From Rebecca billardiae RCC1528 (Eukaryota; Protista; Haptophyta), in contig OZ251229.1 in assembly GCA_965240325.2 (NCBI GenBank), positions 1,302,001 through 1,366,000 of the forward strand: a stretch of DNA of 64,000 bases. The letters are read 5' to 3'. The notes under the pieces were generated by a model. The model saw nothing but the letters and a program-made list of their open reading frames with translations. It was not told the DNA's origin and did not search any database. The position numbers were made by a program, and so were the translations under genes. Shown one piece after another: positions 56,028 to 64,000 of the stretch (positions are counted from its first letter, which is position 1; each line of letters starts with the position of its first letter).

Positions 56028-58010
56028 AATTAATAGCAGTAAACTGTCACGTATAAAGTTATTCATTACATTTATTAGTGATTTAATACAGGCGAACACT
56101 GCCACGAACAGCACCGGAACAGGTGTCCTGTTCCGTCCGGTGCTGTTCGTGGCACCATCCCTCAGGCCAGTTTGCCGTTTCGGCGCAATTACAGATGAAT
56201 AAGTGTCATACTACGTGCGGGGCACGACTCGGCAGCCAGATGATTGGCGGCAGATGCCGATCTGATGACGTGATTCCGTACGTGACTGTGACCGTTATTT
56301 ATTATCATCCGTGATCGGCGCCATCACCGCCTGTCGGCACACTGTCGCGGCGCCGTCGCGGCCGCGGAGTCACCGACGTGGCCTGCCCGACCGAGTCAGA
56401 GTGATGACATCCGGTCTGATTCTTCATTCATATCCGCTCTGCGCGGCCTGGAGGCTGGACCTGAGTCGACCAGTCGTGCGACGTGCCGCGCGACCGAGTG
56501 CCGCGGCACTGCAGCCGCCGAAGCCCGAGGGCGAGAGTGCCGCTGACTGTAGCCTGCCAGCACTCAGCAGTGCTGTCTGTGCCTGGAGGCTGGATTCTGG
56601 ACTGTCTGGATGGTTCCAACACTCAGCACGATTCCGAGCTTGATGAACCTTGACCCGCCTGACCGCACGGCGAATATCTGAATGAAGTAGGCCGCCCGAG
56701 GCCGCGTTAGCTCCGGGACGCCGTGTGCCGACAGCGGCCGCAGCCGCGCAGGCAGCGGGCCGGCGCGGGCCGCGTCGGCCAGCCGGCGACCGATGGGCGG
56801 CCGGCGTCCATCTTATTCTTAAAGTCGTGACGGTGCCTTCTAATTATAAGTGACGACCCCGATAATCCGAATCGGGCTGATTATGTCACTACGTGTGCGG
56901 TCACGCATCAGTCGCGGATCTATCACTGATTCTGTCACAGACACAGGTTATTACAACTCGGAATCATCACAGTCAGCACCGTGCAGGCGTGCTGTCCGGG
57001 CCAGCGGCCCGCCTCGTATGAATATGAGGCCCCGGCGGGGTGACTCATGCTTAGACTGCGCGGTCCGCGCCAGATTATTGTGTATTTGTGAGATAGTACG
57101 ACATGATGCTTGGCGGAGTGGCGACTCGTGGATATGGGAGACGGATCCGAGGAGAGTGCCGCATATATCTCTTCACCTATCGGCTGACGCCACACTGCGA
57201 CCGTCGCCGACTGCACCGCGTCCGCCGCGCGCACAGGCACAGGCCGCAGGCGGAACTTAATTAACGGTGGACTTACAAGCCGTCCCAAGCGTGGGCGCCG
57301 GCCGGCGGGCGCGCGTTCAAAGGTGCGATCCCACGTTCCGCCGATGAAAGCTGCGCCATCACTGGGCGGCACCTGTGGTTTGCGCCGGGCGCACGCGCAT
57401 CGTCGGTTTGGGATCGCGACTTGCTGTGAGGGTGGTGCCAGCAACGTGCGCGAATGGGCAGATCTGTGGTGCCCGGTCGTGCTCTGGAGAAGCGCTCTCA
57501 GACAGCATTCGCCTTGCAATCGTCATTTCAGCGATAGATTGCGATGTTATCCTCACAGAGCCAACTTGAGTGTGACTCACGCAATTGCCCTCCCATGCCC
57601 ACCGCCCAGCTTTGGGTGCGTGCATGGCAACGCACCAGACACATGCGCACAGGGTCCCGAGAGAAAGGCATGTGACGATGATCGACACGGAGCTTATGTC
57701 GAAGCTTGGACTCACCTCCGCCGACGGTAGATCCACCCGCACAGCACCGCGCGAGAGCGCATGCAGCGCGCGTCAAGTAGTAACGCAGCAGGGAGAGGGG
57801 AGCGAGACGCCGACACCGTTTCGCGCGGCTGCATGACCTGCGCATGCGGCCGCTACCAGTACGTACAGGCGTCCGTCAATCTACTTTGGTTTCTAGAAGG
57901 TACAGTCGTACACTACAATACCACATTGAACATACAGTGGTACAAGTCTGAGAATCTGAAGACGGTCGTCTCCTACGTATCGGTGCACGCCGCTCGGTGC
58001 ATTGATCCAG

Positions 58011-60210
58011 ATGCGTCGTGTGGTGGCGGTCGTGACGTTGGTCGCGTGCGCCCTCTCACGAGCGCGCGCGCAGCTGCCGGGTAGGCTGCCGGCCAGGCCG
58101 GGTTGGCCCCCTGGAGCGCAGCCGATGCCCACTCGCGGCGTCGCTGGCCAGCAGATGCCGCCGTGGCTGCGCGGCGGCGGCGGGGCGGTGCCCAAGCCAG
58201 GCATTGCGAGCAAGGGAAAGCCACCATGGCTGCGCAGCGGAGCGGGCGGCCCTGGCCCCGGCCCCGCACCAGGCGTCGCGAGCAAGGGCATGCCGCCATG
58301 GCTGCGAGGCGGCGGTACCGCCCCCGAGACCGCAGCAGGCGCCGCGAGCAAGGGCATGCCGCCTTGGCTGCGGGGCGGCGGCGCGGCAGCCACCGCTCGC
58401 GCGCCCGATGGCCGCTGGCCCACGCAGCAGACGATGGCATCGGGCAAGCTGGGGCGCCTCAGCGCCGCACAGCGGTTACCCGCCGCGGCTGCGCTGTTCA
58501 AAAAGGTGATGCGCGGCTCGTCGGGCAACCCGCTCGTCGACGCGATCCAGCTGAGCTCGAGCGAGCGCAAGACGGACCTCGTGCAGCGGCGCAAGCCGTT
58601 CCCCGGGATCAACGTCTCGAGCGTCGCGGCGATCATGTGCATGGGCGACTCGTGGATGACGGGTATCAACATGGGTGCGCGCTCCGCGCACGCGCGCGCC
58701 GCCGCGCGTCCGCATGCCGCCGCGCGGTGGCGGGCGCTTGGCTCGTCTCGTGGCTCACGCCTGGGCGCGCGCGACACCGCCGCGCTGGGCGCGACCGCCG
58801 CGCGCGCGCACGGTCACCAGCCAACTTCAGGCACATCTACGAGGTGACGCAGGTGCACACGGACTACAGGGGCGGCTCGTGGGCGTGCGGCAACGGCCAC
58901 GTGCTCGACCGCCCCAAGCTGACCACGCTGGGCACGATCCTGCAGGCGTACAAGCCGTCTATCTACGGCCTCTCGTCCGGCACGACCGAGTTCATGGTGC
59001 CGTGCGAGGAGCACAACAACCGCGCGGCGTGCGGGCTCAACGCCGCGTCGGACGGGAGCTCGCTGCTCGAGGGCTCGCTCTCGCTCTCCGCCGCGGAGAC
59101 GGTCGCGCGCAACAACACGATCATGGAGCAGGCGGATGACCTGATCCGCTGGGTGCGCACGGACGCGCCCCACCTTCTCAAGCAGTGGAAGGTTCTCACC
59201 TTCATGCCCTCGTGGGGGGACCAGGTGCGCGGGGCTGCACGGCGCGACCAGCGCGCGCGCGCGCCAGCCGAGGACGGCCGGCGCGGAGCGCGCGGTGGCG
59301 CTCGCGCGCGCGGTTGCGCGCGGGACGAGCGGACCGGGCGCAGCCGCCATGCCGCGAGCGGCGCGGCGCGCGAGGGCGCCAGCGGACCCACGGGCCTCGC
59401 CCCCCAGCGGCTGTGGCGCTCGGCGGAGCGCGGCCCGGGCACGCGAGGGTGGCAGCTTGCGTGGCTGGCGGCCACGCGAGGGTGGCAGCTTGCGTGGCTG
59501 GCGGCCTGGCTGGCGGCCAGGCGGTGGCGCCGCCGCCGCGCACGCGTAGCCACCTTGGCGGCCCCGCCCCGCCCGCCCCGGAGCCTGGCTCACGCGCGCG
59601 CCGCGTGCGCCGCCCCTCGCCTGCCCGTGTGCGGCGCGCGCGTGCGTGCGCACAGTGGTGGTCCGAGCGCTCGATCCCACGCATGCGCGAGGCGCTGCGC
59701 GGCCTGCTCGCGCACCTGCAGGCCGAGCTGCCGTACACGTATGTCAACCTGATGGGGCTGGCCGACCGCCCCTCCTCGCTGCAGACCGTGCAGGACACCA
59801 GCTTGTGGTGCGGCACCGGCGTCGGCCTCTGGAAGAAGCTCGTCAAGCACCGCTCCGGCACCGAGTTCAACCCGGCAGAGGGCGCGGACGAGTACGCGTG
59901 GCAGCTCAACAAGGAGGTGCTCGCGGCCGCGGAGGCATACGACGACGGCAAGCGCTTCATCGTGCGCTACCGCCCATTCCTCCGCGGCTTCACCTTCCAG
60001 CTGCGCCTCGCGGACGAGTTCACGTGCTTCCACCCGGGCCCGCAGCTCGTGCCCGACCTCGCGTACGGCATGCTGCAGAACATGATCACGCGCACCTCGA
60101 CCGACCAGCTCACCAAGCTGCCCATCTACTCGCCGATCGGCTACACGAGCCGCGCGTTCGAGGGGATCAAGGAGGTGGTCGAAAAACGGCAGCCGCTGGT
60201 CTTCTACTGA
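58011..60210 (+). CDS. Secreted phospholipase B1-like SGNH/GDSL hydrolase with N-terminal PPWLR repeats, 3 exons (58011-58674, 58821-59224, 59656-60210)
   Basis: Signal peptide, then MGDSWMTG (block I), YRGGSWACG, TTLGTILQAYKPSIYGLS, LNAASDG, QADDLI, WKVLT, LPYTYVNL and CFHP, in PLB1 order. Confidence 0.8.
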
Positions 60211-60573
60211 GAGAATGTGTTATTGTTCATTGTAGTCGTCAGGTCTTTTTCGAGAGGGTGCCGCAGCCAGGTTGTCGGCGAGGTGCGGCCGCCTCGCGCA
60301 CGCCAGCCCCCAGGCTGAAGAGTGCTGGCGGCGGGCTGTGTCTGACTAGTGACTGACGCGGTGTGTCGGCGCCGCGCCGGGCCGCCCGGCCGACAGATCG
60401 ATACCAGTTACCACCGCCAACCACAGGCACAGCCAACCGGGCTTATTCTGGCAATGAGGCTGGTACTTGGTAGCAGGCGCGGCAGGCCCGGCCAGCAGGA
60501 ATCTGCTGCAGTGCCTAGCTCATCGTGCCGTATTGCAAGGGCTCGTCTGGCTAAGTGATGAGCGGCCTGTCAC

Positions 60574-60885
60574 TATGACCGCGTTCCGCGGTCCTTCCAT
60601 AGAACCAACGTAGTTAGGGGCCCGCGGTGCACCCTCCGTCGGCATATGCTGTCCGTCCAACGCGCGGCCGTAGCGGCAGCAGCAGCAGCGGAGCGCCGTC
60701 GAGCACGCGCGGCAAACGAATAATGGAATATGACCGCGTTCCGCGGCCCTTCCATAGAACCAACGTAGTTAGGGGCCCGCGGTGCACCCTCCGTCGGCAT
60801 ATGCTGTCCGTCCAACGCGCGGCCGTAGCGGCAGCAGCAGCAGCGGAGCGCCGTCGAGCACGCGCGGCAAACGAATAATGGAATA
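60574..60885. repeat. 155-bp near-perfect tandem duplication of the element's 3' terminus
   Basis: Units start TATGACCGCG at 60574 and 60729. Confidence 0.95.
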
Positions 60886-62913
60886 TTATGCAGCGCGGGC
60901 GAGTCGACGGTCTGGAAAATGCGCGATCACGCCACAGCAGGCTGGCAGAGCCCGCCCGAGCTGCAGCATGCGCCGTAGGTGCTGCCCCAAGCTCTCGACT
61001 GCCCGTAAGCAGCGGCATGTGCGGCGGCGCCGGCGGCGGCCATGCTGCCCGGCCGTTGGTTGCGCGCCGCGGGGCGCTGCCGGCACCTCCGTGGTGAAGC
61101 GCACAGCGCTCGAGCCCACAGGGGCTGGCGACCGTCAAACCGACACCCCATGACGCGGGGCTGCGTGTGCCAGCTGCGCGCACCCCCTGGGCCCACCTGG
61201 CCCGCTCGAGCAGCTCGCGCCTTGGGTGCGCACAGCGGCTCGAGCATACCGTGGTATGGGACGCCTGCTGCGGTGCCGCCGAGCACGTGCGGCCGAGGGT
61301 CACGCAGCACGGGCGACTCGACGGCGGCGAGCAGGCGCGACGGCCTCGCCGCGCCGCGGTAGAGCCTGCCCGGGCTGCAGCACGCCGTAGGAGCAGCCCA
61401 GCGCCCTCCTCCGCCCTCCAGCTTCGGCGCGCGTAGCAGGCCCGGCGGCGGCCATGCTGGCGTGCCCAAGCAAGCAGGCAGATGGGCGCGGCCGGCCGCG
61501 CCGTCGCAAAGCGCGCAGAACTCGAGCTCGGGGGGGCGGACGGCCGCCAAACTGGCGCCGCAGGACGTGGCACTGCGTGCGCCAGCTGCGCGCACCCGCT
61601 GCGCCCGCGTAGCCCGTGCGAGCGCCGCGCCTCGAGCACACGCCGCAGCAGCTCGACACAGCCACTGCAGCGCGCACGCAGCCTGCACGCCGTGGCCCGT
61701 CCGGGCATCTTGGAAGCCGCCGAGAGCGTGTGCTTTCCCCGCACGACGGCGGTAGCTGCCGCGATGTATACGAGCGTGCTGCCGCGCCGGCCGCCGCTGC
61801 CCGGCCGCCGCGCCGGCCTCCACTCCGCGCCCGCTGCGCGTCCGCAGCTGGCAGCTGCGCTGCTGCGCCCGCCGTCAGCCGGCGGCGGTGGCTGCCCGCG
61901 CTCGCTGGGCGACCACTCGATGATGCGCGCAGCGTAAAGTGCGCGCTGGGCACCTCCTCGTCGCGTGCAATTTCGAGGTAGTCCTGCATCTGCTCCTGCA
62001 TCAGCCCCTCCCACCCTGCGCGCGGGCGCGGACGGAGTCGCACGCACGCGGTCCGATCGACGATCGATCGAGGGCGCGGGCCGCGGCAGGACGGGCGTCG
62101 ACGCGCAGGTTAGTTAGGTATGGTGCCGGCGCTTCCCGCAGGCGTTGCGCGCTTGGGGCGAGTGGGGCGCGTGGGCGAGACCAGCAGCCAGCCAGCCCAC
62201 GCCACCGGCGCGAGGGCACCGGCGCGGCGCGCACGCCTTTGCACGGGGTCCTCGCCCGCTGCCTCGGGCGTGTCGCGCCTCCCGCAAACGCTGGCGGGCG
62301 GGTAACCTGTTTTCACAAGCGCCTCTCTTTCATTATGGGCTTATGGCACAGGAGTACAGGACGAGGTTCATCCATCGAGGCAAGCGGGTAACTGGCTTTA
62401 AATAGCGCTATTCAAAAGAATCTCTTTCAATATTATGAGGAGGTTCATCCATCGAGGCAGGCGGGTAACTTGGTTGGACAAGCGCTATTGAAAAGAATCT
62501 CTTTTAATATGACGAGGCGGTTCATCCATCGAGACAGACGGGTAACGTATTTGAACAAGGACTATTCAAAAGAATCTGGCTTCATAGCTGTTTTCGACCC
62601 AAAACAATCAAACGTCGCTCGGCAAACTCGTACTTCAGCATACAAGAGGGATAGGAATACTCACTTGTTTCACCCCCGGGGTATCTGATCCCACGTCCGT
62701 CCATAGTAGATACAAGAATTGCAGCGGGCGCGGCCTTTTAAGCTGTGATGGACAGCATACCCCCCCTCAAAAAGTCGAAAACTCACCCTCCAACAGCCCT
62801 CAAAATCGTCCCCCATCCCCTTTTCTTTGATCAAAAGATCTTTTTGACAACGTAGTGAGGGCCCCCGGCGGGGCTCCACGCTACGCGCTCCGCCCTGCAC
62901 CGCGGGCCATAAT
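60575..62913 (-). mobile_element. Non-autonomous Helentron/Helitron2-like element, copy B (inverted relative to A)
   Basis: About 62765-62913 is the reverse complement of about 47923-48093. The subterminal IR GGCCCGCGGTGCA (60619-60631) pairs with 62896-62908. Terminal hairpin at 60577-60593. The 3' end matches 49171-49229. Confidence 0.72.
62297..62580. repeat. 77-bp degenerate minisatellite (3 copies plus a partial) inside element B
   Basis: GGTTCATCCATCGAG at 62365, 62442 and 62519, each followed by CGGGTAAC...CTATTSAAAAGAATCT. Confidence 0.9.
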
Positions 62914-62915
62914 CT

Positions 62916-62917
<2 letters not shown>

Positions 62918-63005
<88 letters not shown>
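62918..63005. repeat. (CT)n microsatellite abutting the 5' end of element B
   Basis: Direct read. Confidence 0.97.
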
Positions 63006-63008
<3 letters not shown>

Positions 63009-64000
63009 CTATCAGGCGGCGCGGGTCCGACGCGGTCCGGCGCTGCATGTCAGCTGAGCGCGCCGCAGCACTAGTACTACTCGGCGCGGCAGTATACTCA
63101 CTACTCCGGCGGCGGGCAAAGTATTAACTGCGCGCTGACGATGTAGAGTCGTATTTACTGTCATCGTACGACAGTCGTGTTACTGTTAGCAGTGAGGCGT
63201 GAGGCGTACTGTCATCGTACGACAGTCGTGTTAATGTTAGTGAGGCGTGAGGCGGCAGTGTACTCGGCGCGCGTCATTCAAAAAGCCGTCGCACTGCTGC
63301 CGCTGAGCTAAGTAGGCTTAAGAATAATTGTGCCTCAGGTGGCTAGCGCTGCTTACACTAAATAGCTGCTATATATAAGCAGCTGTCGTTATTACACAGC
63401 TGTATTGTAAGGCCTTAATCAGCAGTAGTTCACGAATATAGTCATGCGTATACTAGCAGTCGGCCGCGCCCCTCAGTAATCTGTAGTGATTCGCGCGCCC
63501 GACCGGGTCGTCCCTGACTTTAGTATTATTACCGTGATCATCAGTGATCTAGATTCTAGTATAGAAGTAGTAGAGGCTCACTTATAGAGCAGTCATCAGT
63601 GCTGCTATAGTAGTAGTACTTGATCTAGTCCGAGTTAGTAACTTGATAAGCAGGACTGCGCGCGCTGCCGCCGTAGGTCTGCGGCCAGATAGCGTAAGTG
63701 AGAGATCGAGGGAGTCGGAAGACGACGAGTCGGTCAGAGAAATCGAGCGCAAGCAGCGAGAGAGAGAGAGTAGCGAGAGAGAGTGAGAGAGAGCTAGACT
63801 ATAGCTTAGATCAGAGAGCGATAGCTAAGCAGAGGAGACTGGATATATAGAGAGAGAGAGAGACACACACGCACGCACAATGGCCAGCAGCACGCAAGAC
63901 CAGCGGTCCATCACAGGCTCAGGCGCGCCCACGCTGTAGTGCGTCTCGCGCGTACTGGTGGACGCCCCACATTCAGGTCCTTTGCCACCCTCTACCGTAC

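Noticed and set aside
56123-57845. Short ORFs between the dynein-MTBD and PLB-like genes (e.g. 57359..57742 with a hydrophobic stretch)
   Set aside because: There is no clear ATG start or family motif, so a gene call cannot be supported.
62297-62580. CRISPR-like array
   Set aside because: The units are similar along their whole 77-bp length with no unique spacers, the context is eukaryotic and there are no cas genes. It is a minisatellite.
47923-62913. One 15-kb giant TIR transposon with cargo genes
   Set aside because: Matching internal 3' ends at 49229 and 60575 show two separate inverted copies. There is no convincing TSD or transposase. It is kept only as a possible composite.

Overview
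This is a very GC-rich eukaryotic nuclear window with short spliceosomal introns, almost all starting GTGCG. The intron style, poly-Ala-rich proteins, flagellar genes and a bipartite plastid-targeting signal suggest a secondary-plastid flagellate alga, most likely a haptophyte such as Pavlovales. That assignment is inference. I can support about 18 protein-coding genes, mostly in tight head-to-head pairs. They are a coiled-coil protein, cytosolic HSP70, an ankyrin-like protein, a small membrane protein, patatin, a TPR protein, a ~3280-aa CEP290, a choline-transporter-like protein, a class-3 lipase, an unusual myosin, a type-I membrane protein, a TPR plus degenerate-HAD protein, an LCAT/PLA2, an FSH1 hydrolase, an F-box protein, an ABA4-like plus 2xNTF2 fusion, an EF-hand/ankyrin protein, a stand-alone dynein microtubule-binding domain and a PLB1-like SGNH lipase. 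Beyond about 38.7 kb the window is rich in non-autonomous transposons: a short-TIR element, a hAT-like MITE with a 5-bp TSD, and two inverted Helentron/Helitron2-like elements bracketing five genes. The most striking observations are (1) a myosin whose tail joins a CEP164-like WW module, a Tubby domain and a WD40 propeller, about 6 kb from CEP290; (2) the Helentron-like pair; (3) the ABA4-NTF2 fusion; (4) the isolated dynein MTBD gene; and (5) five lipolytic enzymes plus a choline transporter within about 50 kb. Exon boundaries were derived by hand from GT/GC-AG sites and frame continuity, and family calls come from motif recognition, not database searches.
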